A stretch of 40,341 nucleotides of DNA from the NCBI GenBank assembly GCA_963705915.1, contig OY970126.1, positions 581,552 to 621,892 on the forward strand. The letters run 5' to 3'. The DNA comes from an uncultured bacterium (lineage in GTDB: Bacteria > Patescibacteriota > Minisyncoccia > UBA6257 > 2-01-FULL-56-20). The notes under the pieces were generated by a model, which was not told where the DNA came from, did no database searches, and saw only the letters and a program-made list of their open reading frames with translations. Positions 26,054-34,352 of this stretch are shown piece after piece; the first letter of the stretch is position 1, and the number at the start of each line of letters is the position of its first letter. The position numbers and the translations under genes were made by a program.

Positions 26054-26946
26054 TGGCAGAAAACGAAATACAAAAATTGCTTCGTGACTATCTCAATTAC
26101 CTCGAAATCGAAAAAAATCGATCGCCGAAAACGCGCGAGAACTACGAACATTACCTCAAAGAATTTTTGAAGTTCGCGAATATAAAGACGGCGAAAGAAA
26201 TAACCGACGGCCTCGTCCGCGAATTCCGCCTTGCACTCGCCCGCCGCGACTTGAAGAAGCTCACGCAAAGCTATTATGTGATCGCGATCAGAAATTTTCT
26301 CAAATATATGGCGAAGCGCGACGTGAAGACGCTGAGCGCCGAAAAGATTGAGCTCCCAAAAACGCCATCGCGACAAATCGAAGTCCTCGAATACGGCGAC
26401 CTCGAACGGCTCCTTGCCGCACCGAAGGGCAACGACATCCGTGCGCTCCGCGACCGGGCAATCCTCGAGACATTCTTCTCAACCGGACTCCGCCTCGCAG
26501 AACTGTGCGCGCTCTCGCGCTATGTTGACCTGAAGCGTGGCGAAGTGAGCGTGCGCGGCAAGGGCGACAAGTTGCGCGTTGTCTTCATCTCCGATTCTGC
26601 GCGAGCGGCAATCCAAAAATACATGGAAAAACGCACCGACGCCGAAGAAAAATTATTCGTGAGCATCGATCGCGTTGGAAAAGTGATCGGCCCCATAACG
26701 CCGCGCGCCGTTGAGCGCGTGATCGAACGCCGCGCCCGCGAAGCCGGCATTGCAAAGCGCATTCACCCGCATCAGTTGCGCCATAGCTTTGCAACCGATC
26801 TTCTTGTGAACGGTGCCGACCTTCGATCCGTGCAAGAACTGCTCGGCCATTCAAATATTTCGACAACGCAAATTTATACGCACCTCACGAATAAAGAACT
26901 GCGTGAGATCCATAAAGCATTCCACGGCGCAAAGCGGAAGGAATAA
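26053..26946 (+). CDS. XerC/XerD-family tyrosine recombinase
   Basis: N-terminal SAM-like domain (KNRSPKTRENY); TGLRLAE, GKGDKLR, HPHQLRHSFAT, LLGH, TTQIYTH; start ATG 26053. Confidence 0.93.
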   Translation: MAENEIQKLLRDYLNYLEIEKNRSPKTRENYEHYLKEFLKFANIKTAKEITDGLVREFRLALARRDLKKLTQSYYVIAIRNFLKYMAKRDVKTLSAEKIELPKTPSRQIEVLEYGDLERLLAAPKGNDIRALRDRAILETFFSTGLRLAELCALSRYVDLKRGEVSVRGKGDKLRVVFISDSARAAIQKYMEKRTDAEEKLFVSIDRVGKVIGPITPRAVERVIERRAREAGIAKRIHPHQLRHSFATDLLVNGADLRSVQELLGHSNISTTQIYTHLTNKELREIHKAFHGAKRKE

Positions 26947-27032
26947 CAATTGGACATAATGCTTGCGGCTTTTTCTCTAGACTTTTGCGGCAAATTGTTG
27001 TAGAATCCCCGCAGAAATGGAGGATCTGCACT

Positions 27033-27620
27033 ATGAAGCTGCTTACGAAGAACGACCCTAAAAGGAAGTGGCGGTCGTTCAAACGGCACGCCCTCCTCCT
27101 TTTGAAAACATTTCTTCTTTCATCACTCGCAACTTTTACATGGTACGAATTATGGACCCGCGGATATCGATTCGCCGAAGACGATAAAGACATCATCATC
27201 GGGGCGATCATCATGACCTTCGGTGTCACCTACAGCATCTCCTTGTCCTGGATATTCAGCGGGCTCGGAGAAACCTATAAAAAGGTGGTGGTGGCGGTTC
27301 TCGAAAAAGATGAGCGTACGCTCATGATGTGGCGGGATGAACGAATGCCCATCGCCGTGCATCTGAGTGTCGGCATCCCATCGCTATTTCTCCTCGGCGG
27401 CATCGGAGCGGTCTCCTATCGACATGCCATCACGGGAGGGATATCAATCTTCGCCGTCTCGTTTATGCTCATTTTCTTCTGGTACGTCGCGAAAGAAATC
27501 GAGAATCCATTGAAGGGCGCCTGGTTTAGGGAACGCGTCGATCCGTCACTGTTTGAAAAAGACGTCGATTCGTATTTCGGCCTTGGTGCAAAAAACCAGA
27601 AACATCATCCCCACGAATAA
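27033..27620 (+). CDS. Four-TM membrane protein, possibly DUF4239/bestrophin-like
   Basis: ATG 27033 after GGAGG 27019-27023; two TM hairpins; EIENPLKG after last TM resembles the (D/E)NPF.G motif; family is tentative. Confidence 0.65.
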   Translation: MKLLTKNDPKRKWRSFKRHALLLLKTFLLSSLATFTWYELWTRGYRFAEDDKDIIIGAIIMTFGVTYSISLSWIFSGLGETYKKVVVAVLEKDERTLMMWRDERMPIAVHLSVGIPSLFLLGGIGAVSYRHAITGGISIFAVSFMLIFFWYVAKEIENPLKGAWFRERVDPSLFEKDVDSYFGLGAKNQKHHPHE

Positions 27621-27640
27621 ATTCGTGGGGATTCGTTTTT
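27607..27640 (+). terminator. Terminator overlapping the stop codon
   Basis: ATCCCCACGAAT-AA-ATTCGTGGGGAT followed by T-run. Confidence 0.7.
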
Positions 27641-27674
27641 TGAGTGGGAATGCATTGGTAAATGTTTTCCATAG

Positions 27675-27755
27675 TGCTGGGGGTGGGACTTGAACCCACA
27701 TGCCTTGCGGCGCTAGCTCCTAAAGCTAGTGCGTCTGCCATTTCGCCACCCCAGC
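27675..27755 (-). tRNA. tRNA-Leu(TAG), CCA not encoded
   Basis: Reverse complement GCTGGGGTGGCGAAATGGCAGACGCACTAGCTTTAGGAGCTAGCGCCGCAAGGCATGTGGGTTCAAGTCCCACCCCCAGCA; long variable arm; TAGAAT at 27764-27769. Confidence 0.95.
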
Positions 27756-27785
27756 GTCCCTGTATTCTAAGGGTTTTTGAATATT

Positions 27786-27814
27786 TTGACAAGTCATTAA
27801 TAATATTGTATACT
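27786..27814 (+). promoter_or_regulatory. Near-consensus sigma70 promoter
   Basis: TTGACA-17-TATACT. Confidence 0.75.
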
Positions 27815-27874
27815 TATCCCCGGACTGATTGTATTCAAATTCAATCTTTTGACATCTGAAAATAAGGAGCAGAT

Positions 27875-29041
27875 ATGCAGAAAGAAAAGAAGTCTAGAAC
27901 AATGCGAGAGTTTAACGAGATGCGGGTTCTGCTCACAGCTATCCCAAGTCTCTTGATCGTTGCTGTCACAATGTTCATTTTTAAGGCGACGGACTCCGCA
28001 CTGGCATGCGCATTTCTGCTAACCGCCAGCGCGCTATTCGCTTGGGATGGTTTCGTTTATTTCGGTAACATCCCACCAACGAACTGGATGCCGGAAGTCT
28101 TTGGCGTTTCAGTAAACATACTGAGGCCCTGGGGATGGGCATGGATTCCTTTAAGGAGCCGCTGGACCATAGGATACATGGCGATGCCCGCAGGCCTCAT
28201 GCATGCGGATCAAGAATCCACAGAGCTTATCCCTGGCGACAGGACGACAATAGTCATCCCATCCCACTTGTTCTATTCAATCGACCCGGAAAATCCTATA
28301 CAAGTTTTTCTCGTCGGCGGAATAGACAAAGCAGCAAAGCGTCTGTTGGAACTTGTGGACAAAACACTCCGCGAGTGGGTTACGGCCCCTCAAAAAGGTC
28401 CTCAGAAGCTAGAGAGCTCCGAGCTCACACTCGATCGTGCTCGTCAGATGAGCAACGAAGCGATCAATGAGATTCTCGAGTCTCTCGTAAACAACGACCT
28501 AACCCAAATTCCTTCGGAGATACCTACAGAGGCCCTGCTCGGACACTTTGAGGGACGACCGTTGTCTCCCAAAGAAACCGAATGGATAGCACAGTACGAA
28601 AAGAAAAGCGACACGGAAAAAGCGGAAATTAAGATCGCCGCCGAGAAGCGCCTTGCAGAGATCGCTGCGGTAAGAAATGGCGACATGGCTTTCGCTGTGA
28701 GTTCAGTTGGTCTGGTCGTCCGACAGATGGTCGTCGACAACATCGAACCTGACAAACTGACAGCAGACCAGATCACCAAGGTTGCCGCAGAACGTTTTGC
28801 AGCGGAGCAGAGGAAAATCCGGACCGAAAGCTTGGTCGAACAGGCCAATAGATTCAAAACGGTGACGGAAGATCTCGATCCACTGCAAGCGGCATTGATC
28901 GAAGAGGGTACGATCACCCAAACCAATCAGGTGACCAAGTTTGAACTTTCACCCGCACTCACTCAGATCGCTGATGGACTTGCAAAAACACTTGGAACAG
29001 CAATAGCCGACAGAATTAGCGGCGGAAAGGAGAAGTCGTAA
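27875..29041 (+). CDS. Membrane protein, divergent SPFH/Band-7-like
   Basis: Two N-terminal TMs, ILRPWGWAWIP, YSIDP, GLVVRQMVVDNIEP followed by Ala/Glu-rich coiled coil; AAGGAG RBS. Confidence 0.6.
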   Translation: MQKEKKSRTMREFNEMRVLLTAIPSLLIVAVTMFIFKATDSALACAFLLTASALFAWDGFVYFGNIPPTNWMPEVFGVSVNILRPWGWAWIPLRSRWTIGYMAMPAGLMHADQESTELIPGDRTTIVIPSHLFYSIDPENPIQVFLVGGIDKAAKRLLELVDKTLREWVTAPQKGPQKLESSELTLDRARQMSNEAINEILESLVNNDLTQIPSEIPTEALLGHFEGRPLSPKETEWIAQYEKKSDTEKAEIKIAAEKRLAEIAAVRNGDMAFAVSSVGLVVRQMVVDNIEPDKLTADQITKVAAERFAAEQRKIRTESLVEQANRFKTVTEDLDPLQAALIEEGTITQTNQVTKFELSPALTQIADGLAKTLGTAIADRISGGKEKS

Positions 29042-29042
29042 C

Positions 29043-29894
29043 GTGAAAAACACCTCAACGAAGTCAACGAGGCAATCGGTCGAAACGCCGATTACCTCGA
29101 CACCTCAAACAACGACAACCCCGCCGCCTCGAGTGATAACGATTCCGCCGGTTTTAGTGGCAGAGCGATCGTGGCCAAAAGGTGCTACGATCGTCTTACT
29201 CTTACTACTAAGCCTGCTCGCTATTCTCGGCATCAAACGTGAGTGGGAAAAGTCGCCAACGATTTCAGTCTTGATCGTCGCAGTCATTGTTTTAGCTTTG
29301 TGGCTGTGGCACAGACGTTCCGACACTTCTTCCTCCCCCAAGACCGGGCGCGGGTGGAAGTGGTTGGCCATCATCCTCTTTGTTGGCCTCATCGTCTGCC
29401 CGACAATCGTGAATTATATCCGGGCAGACCCGAACCTCCAGAGGAAGATCTCAATGTCCACCGACGAGCAAAGGCTTTTCCCCTACTACGGGCCACTCAA
29501 GTGCGATCCGAGCGAAGTCCAGATTATAAATTTCTGGAATACAACTTTACCGCGAGGGAAAGGGCTCGAGATTGACCTTGGGAGGGAAGTTGACAAAGGG
29601 CAAAGCGAAGGGTGCTACGGCGTTCTCGTCGTAATCCCGAGGATGTGCGCTGAAGGTGGCTGCGATTTTTCGAAAAGCCAAGAGCCCGGCGACTACGCCT
29701 CGCTCTGGTGGGAGAATGAAAATCACCATCGTCCGATTCGATCGGCAGTCACTGATCGCTTTGTCGATCCGTCGGACCCAACAAGCGTGCACGGCGACCT
29801 TGAACCGTGCTGCAACGTATGGAACGGGAAATCGTTCATCGTTTCCATCGAGGGGAGAGGTGAAGTCTACATCACTCCTCACGAACAACAGTAG
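29043..29894 (+). CDS. Hypothetical three-TM protein with Cys-containing C-terminal domain
   Basis: 283-aa ORF starting 1 nt after the previous stop; followed by a terminator. Confidence 0.7.
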   Translation: MKNTSTKSTRQSVETPITSTPQTTTTPPPRVITIPPVLVAERSWPKGATIVLLLLLSLLAILGIKREWEKSPTISVLIVAVIVLALWLWHRRSDTSSSPKTGRGWKWLAIILFVGLIVCPTIVNYIRADPNLQRKISMSTDEQRLFPYYGPLKCDPSEVQIINFWNTTLPRGKGLEIDLGREVDKGQSEGCYGVLVVIPRMCAEGGCDFSKSQEPGDYASLWWENENHHRPIRSAVTDRFVDPSDPTSVHGDLEPCCNVWNGKSFIVSIEGRGEVYITPHEQQ

Positions 29895-29917
29895 TTCTTT
29901 ACAGTTCTTTGCCTGAC

Positions 29918-29948
29918 AACTGGCGACCCCACGGCCGCCAGTTTTTTT
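29918..29948 (+). terminator. Intrinsic terminator
   Basis: AACTGGCG/CGCCAGTT stem plus T-run. Confidence 0.7.
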
Positions 29949-30062
29949 ATCCTTCAAAAACCCGCCTTCTAGGCTTAGATTGACATTTCTATCGAATAAT
30001 GGTATATTTATCGACAGTATTATCGCCATTGTAAATTCCATATCTCACAAAAGGAGTCGCGT

Positions 30063-31070
30063 GTGTCAGAACAAAAAAAGCAAGAGCCAGAGGCAACCGC
30101 CAATCAAGACCATGATCGTGTAGCTGCCCTCAAGGCAAAGCTCGCGACATTGCAGAAACGTTGTGCAACCCTTTGGAACGATCGATGGGAATTGGCCACG
30201 GCCATATTCAACAGAAATCTTCCGGGAGCAATACTTTTCATCCTCGTGCTCGTTCTTTTCGCTGCCGGACTTTATCTCAGAAGAGAAATCTGGCCAGAGA
30301 ACACAACGGCAACCCAGCCAACTCCAGTAGTAGCGCCGCCAACCACAGAAACGAAGCCGGGTGCGCCAACGCCGGAGAAACCGGAGCCGCAGAAACCAGC
30401 GGAAACGAAGCCCGTCGAAAAAACTGCGCAGACGAATGTTCCTGGGCCGAGACCAAAAGCAAAAGTTTCGATCGTGGACATGAATCCAAGCGGGACCTCG
30501 ACAGACGACGCTGCTATCCCAAAGCCTTTGGGATCCGACGCGACAGATCATCAACGCAACACCGAGTATCCTTCGTGGAAGCCAACGCCCGAAGAACTAG
30601 AAATTCTTCGGAGGGCGAATGCTCTTCGACGAGAATCGAACGGGTCCACTGCAACAGCCGCGCCAAACGTGCCAAGACCTCCGCTCGGAAACTATTACTC
30701 GGAGGACTGCAACAAAGGAACGCTCACCCCGGCTATTGAATGGTGCAAGTGGAAAGACGCAAAGACCATTCAGTGCGAGGGAACACTCGTAAACAGAAGC
30801 GACACCGACAAACCAATCGATCTCCGAGACAGCGTCGCATTCGACGATCAGGGACATCGACACTTCATTAGTACGGGCTTCGGTCCTCAGTTCAAATTTA
30901 CGGACGGAGGATACGAAAGTAAGCTTTACCCCAATATCCCCGCTGCATTTTACGTGAACTTCTCGGATGCAGATCCGAATGTTCAGACCGTAAATCTCGC
31001 TTTGTATTTTTACTGGGAGCGTGACTATCCTCACTGCACATGGGATATGATACCCGTGGAAATACGATGA
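30063..31070 (+). CDS. Hypothetical single-TM protein with Pro/Thr-rich stalk and C-terminal Ig-like beta domain
   Basis: AAGGAG RBS, upstream TTGACA...TATATT, TM at about residues 55-72, PT/PE-rich linker, four Cys in the terminal domain. Confidence 0.72.
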   Translation: MSEQKKQEPEATANQDHDRVAALKAKLATLQKRCATLWNDRWELATAIFNRNLPGAILFILVLVLFAAGLYLRREIWPENTTATQPTPVVAPPTTETKPGAPTPEKPEPQKPAETKPVEKTAQTNVPGPRPKAKVSIVDMNPSGTSTDDAAIPKPLGSDATDHQRNTEYPSWKPTPEELEILRRANALRRESNGSTATAAPNVPRPPLGNYYSEDCNKGTLTPAIEWCKWKDAKTIQCEGTLVNRSDTDKPIDLRDSVAFDDQGHRHFISTGFGPQFKFTDGGYESKLYPNIPAAFYVNFSDADPNVQTVNLALYFYWERDYPHCTWDMIPVEIR

Positions 31071-31084
31071 GTGGTACATTTCTT

Positions 31085-31151
31085 GCCCCGCAAACAACCG
31101 CGGGGCTTTTATTTTCTTAAAAACAAAAGGGCCCCATACGAGGTCCTTTTG
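31085..31151. terminator. Two hairpins between convergent genes
   Basis: GCCCCGC/GCGGGGC+TTTT and CAAAAGGG..CCTTTTG. Confidence 0.65.
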
Positions 31152-31175
31152 CAATTATCTTTGAGATATAACCCG

Positions 31176-31553
31176 CTAACAAGAGTTTACCGTTCCTGCA
31201 CCCAAGAACGTACCAATGACGAACGGGATGGCGCGCGCAAGAAGTGCAACACCGATTGCAATTGCCGCATAGAGCAACGTGCGTCCGGCAGCTCCAACAG
31301 CTTCCGGATTGCCTGCTGCGGTGAGATAACGGAATGCCGCAACGATCACGAATATGACGGCGAGGACCACGAGGAACCAGAACATCCACGCGAAGACAAC
31401 GCAGAGTAAGTTCAGAATACTCTGCAAACTCGTAAGATTCGATTGTGGCACATTAGCTGGCGGCGGCGGCGCCTGGGCCAAAACTAATGCTGGCAAAACC
31501 AAAGACGCGATCGAAGGACCGAACATCTTTGCAAAGGCAATGACCTTTTTCAT
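31176..31553 (-). CDS. VirB2/TrbC-like (T4SS-type) pilin
   Basis: Signal ending VLAQ; TM-AAFRYLTAAGNPEAVGAAGRTLLYAAIAI-TM. Confidence 0.85.
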   Translation of the reverse strand: MKKVIAFAKMFGPSIASLVLPALVLAQAPPPPANVPQSNLTSLQSILNLLCVVFAWMFWFLVVLAVIFVIVAAFRYLTAAGNPEAVGAAGRTLLYAAIAIGVALLARAIPFVIGTFLGAGTVNSC

Positions 31554-31617
31554 GAATAATTTAGAGGAATATTCGACCTTTCCAAATACTTTATTACGAT
31601 ACCATACGGACCTTCAT

Positions 31618-32028
31618 TTAGCCACCGAATATCGTGCACTGAAGATTAAGCGACGTATTGAGATTTGGGAATAAACTGCCAACGATATTCGGGAATCCCA
31701 CAGCAAGAAGCGCAACGGCAATCCCGAGTGCAGCATACGTAATTGTTCTTCTGGCCCTCGACGTCTTCTCTTGATCGTCTCGAGCCGTAACATACGTGAA
31801 CGCAGCATAAAGAATCATAATCACGGAAATCGTTATGACGATCCAGAAAAAATATACAATGAATGTACAAAGTACGTCTTGCAACTGTTGCACATTCTGC
31901 ACTGGATTTGGAGCACCATTTTGCTGTTGTTGGGCGTAAGCAAAAGCAGTGCCAAGGCCGAAAATTAATGTTCCAAATGCGGTAATTGGATATATTTTCT
32001 TCGTGAACCACAACGTTATGTTTTGCAT
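31618..32028 (-). CDS. VirB2/TrbC-like pilin
   Basis: AYAQ signal; AAFTYVTARDDQEKTSRARRTITYAALGI. Confidence 0.85.
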   Translation of the reverse strand: MQNITLWFTKKIYPITAFGTLIFGLGTAFAYAQQQQNGAPNPVQNVQQLQDVLCTFIVYFFWIVITISVIMILYAAFTYVTARDDQEKTSRARRTITYAALGIAVALLAVGFPNIVGSLFPNLNTSLNLQCTIFGG

Positions 32029-32067
32029 GATAGATAAATTATTTTCGACCCTTTTATTTCGGATTGT

Positions 32068-32451
32068 TTATTGATTATTGAGAATGCTCTGTATGATACC
32101 CGTGATACCGCTTGCAATGAGCGCGACAGCGAATCCGATAGCTGCGTACATAAGCGTCTTCCTTCCCTGGGAAGCTTTTTCTGGATTTCCTCCGGAGGTC
32201 ATCATCTGAAATGCACCAACGAGAGCCATAATGGTACAAAGAGGGATTGCGACGTCCCAAAAGATAAACCCTATCACATTCGCAACCACCTGGGTAAAAC
32301 TCTGTCCGCCCAAGGGATCAGTGAGCGTGATGTGAGTATTTGATCCTCCGGTCTGCTGGGCAAATGCAACATGCAACCAACCGAGAGAGACGACGAAGAA
32401 TGCGCCTGCCCACTTCGCCTTTGTCTTCATCTTTGCGAACGCACGTTCCAT
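32068..32451 (-). CDS. VirB2/TrbC-like pilin
   Basis: AFAQ signal; LTDPLG; GAFQMMTSGGNPEKASQGRKTLMYAAIGF; ATG 32451 has TATAAT 7 nt upstream. Confidence 0.85.
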   Translation of the reverse strand: MERAFAKMKTKAKWAGAFFVVSLGWLHVAFAQQTGGSNTHITLTDPLGGQSFTQVVANVIGFIFWDVAIPLCTIMALVGAFQMMTSGGNPEKASQGRKTLMYAAIGFAVALIASGITGIIQSILNNQ

Positions 32452-32486
32452 GCTATTTATTATAGAACATTTATCATGTTTGGAGC

Positions 32487-32993
32487 TCATAAGGTCGCCG
32501 GGCCTCCGCAAAAACTGAGCGGAAAGCTCTCCCCTGGATATTCGTCGGAGATGCTGATCGGAACTCCCTCATATACTTCTAGTTTGCATGCATCTTGCTC
32601 GGAAATACCGAGCGCGGACAAGAAAGCGCTTTCCGCCGCCTGTCGAGCTGCCTCAAGGGGCGTCGAGAGCAGAGAAATCACGAAGCTGCTGTCCCCCACA
32701 TTGTAGACGATGGTATATTGGACATTTTCCTGGATTACCACAGCCTGCTGATCCTGGGTGATATAGGACGCGTTATTATAAAAATTTTTAATGGTGACAT
32801 TTCCATCACTCGTTCCAAGGGTGAGCGTTGTGCTCGTGGGAAACGCCGTCGAAATTGTACCCGAAACGACGGGCAACGATCCTGTGGTTCCAACTTCAGC
32901 AGGGGTGGTGCGGGTACGCAACCAAAGGTATACACCCAAGGCGATGAGAACGACGGCAGCGATGATGATAATGATAACAAGTGTTTTTTTCAT
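32487..32993 (-). CDS. Hypothetical membrane-anchored secreted protein in pilin cluster
   Basis: Start at ATG 32993 (MKKTLVIIII); longer track ORF overlaps the upstream gene; C-terminal Cys pair. Confidence 0.75.
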   Translation of the reverse strand: MKKTLVIIIIIAAVVLIALGVYLWLRTRTTPAEVGTTGSLPVVSGTISTAFPTSTTLTLGTSDGNVTIKNFYNNASYITQDQQAVVIQENVQYTIVYNVGDSSFVISLLSTPLEAARQAAESAFLSALGISEQDACKLEVYEGVPISISDEYPGESFPLSFCGGPATL

Positions 32994-33003
32994 CGTATTT
33001 CCA

Positions 33004-33837
33004 TTATAGATTACACGCGTTTTTTGTCGCGGGACCCCATTGATTCCAATTATTCCCGGCATTCGAAAGCTGACAGGCTTTTTGTATATTGATCGCCGCA
33101 TTTTGTGCTGCCGCAGCGCATTGTTGATAGAGTTGTTGGTTGAGGATTGTGCAATGGGGGTTGTGGCCAGTGAATGCATTACTAAAGGCTGACGGACAAT
33201 TGAGCCCGGGAAGCGTATTCGCCGAGATGTTGACCTGGAAGAGTCCAAATGAAACAGGACTCCCGTCGTCGCATTTATCGGTTCCGCTCTTCGCCGCCGC
33301 GTTTCCGTTGCTTTCGACGTTGCACACGCCAGCAGCTGTCTGTGCGTTGGCTGCCATACATGTGTTGGCTAAATTTGCGACGGTGCATGGCCCGCTTGGA
33401 GGAGCTTGGCACTTGCCTCCGGCGCCGGAAACGCTGGGTGGTCCTCCGGATGATGGCGCAGAGATATTAACGCCTGCAAGCGTCGGCAGATCGAGGTGAA
33501 CGAGGTTGGGGTTGATGGTGTAGAGAATAAGGTACGCGCACCCAAGGAGTAAAATGCCAAGCAGCGCGCTCAAAATCCACTCTTTAGCTTCGCTTTGTGA
33601 ACTCGGATTACCGGCGGCCGTCATATATTTCACGCCGCCATAGATGATGGCGCCAAACGCCAAGACGCCGCCAATGAGAAGCATGAATACATAGAACCCG
33701 TTCACGATCGTGCCGGGCGCGGTGCTCGTGGAATAATTGGCTCCTGGAAACGAAAGCGAAATCTGTGTTTGCGCGAGCACAGCAATTGGGAAACTTGCCG
33801 CGACGATGATGGCTCCGATAATGGATGATTTCTTCAT
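33004..33837 (-). CDS. VirB2/TrbC-like pilin fused to a lysozyme/lytic-transglycosylase-like domain
   Basis: Pilin core YGGVKYMTAAGNPSSQSEAKEWILSALLG...LILYTINPNL; C-term CNVESNG, SFGLFQVN, NIQKAC, NWNQW. Confidence 0.78.
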   Translation of the reverse strand: MKKSSIIGAIIVAASFPIAVLAQTQISLSFPGANYSTSTAPGTIVNGFYVFMLLIGGVLAFGAIIYGGVKYMTAAGNPSSQSEAKEWILSALLGILLLGCAYLILYTINPNLVHLDLPTLAGVNISAPSSGGPPSVSGAGGKCQAPPSGPCTVANLANTCMAANAQTAAGVCNVESNGNAAAKSGTDKCDDGSPVSFGLFQVNISANTLPGLNCPSAFSNAFTGHNPHCTILNQQLYQQCAAAAQNAAINIQKACQLSNAGNNWNQWGPATKNACNL

Positions 33838-33845
33838 GACTCGCG

Positions 33846-34343
33846 TTACGATGCGTTGCACGAAAACGTGTTGCCGCCCACACCAAAACCGCCGATGCCC
33901 GTGATGCCCATGAAGGTGATAAATGCGACCACGAACGTGTAGGCAACGAGCACGATTACAACACCGATCACGGCGCCCAAAAGTACGCGCTTCCCCTGGC
34001 TCAACATTTCAGGATTTGCGCCGCTCACCATGAGCATGACGCCGCCGATCGCAAACATGATTGGCGCCAAAACAAATAAACAGAGGGTAATTGCAAAGTA
34101 GATGATATTCAGGATGGTGCCGATGAGGTCGCAGACGCTTTGGCATGCGCCAGTGTGTTGTGCGTCATTTGGAAGATAGTTCGTGCTTCCCTGTATATAA
34201 TTCCCCGAACACGAAACAAGCGGCCCCCAAAATCCGGTTGGCCAAATATTCGGCGCGGTGTAGGCCGCAACGATGTGGGGCAGGGAAAGAATGGCGATGA
34301 GCGAAAGGAGAAGAATGAGCTGCCCGGATGGTTTTTTCATCAC
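33846..34343 (-). CDS. VirB2/TrbC-like pilin with Cys-containing N-terminal loop
   Basis: GPLVSC...C..CDL; IGGVMLMVSGANPEMLSQGKRVLLGAVIG. Confidence 0.83.
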   Translation of the reverse strand: MMKKPSGQLILLLSLIAILSLPHIVAAYTAPNIWPTGFWGPLVSCSGNYIQGSTNYLPNDAQHTGACQSVCDLIGTILNIIYFAITLCLFVLAPIMFAIGGVMLMVSGANPEMLSQGKRVLLGAVIGVVIVLVAYTFVVAFITFMGITGIGGFGVGGNTFSCNAS

Positions 34344-34352
34344 AATAATTCT

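Noticed and set aside
26053-31070. Prophage or integrative element at tRNA-Leu with the tyrosine recombinase as integrase
   Set aside because: Recombinase is Xer-sized (297 aa) without an arm-binding domain; no duplicated tRNA 3' end and no phage genes
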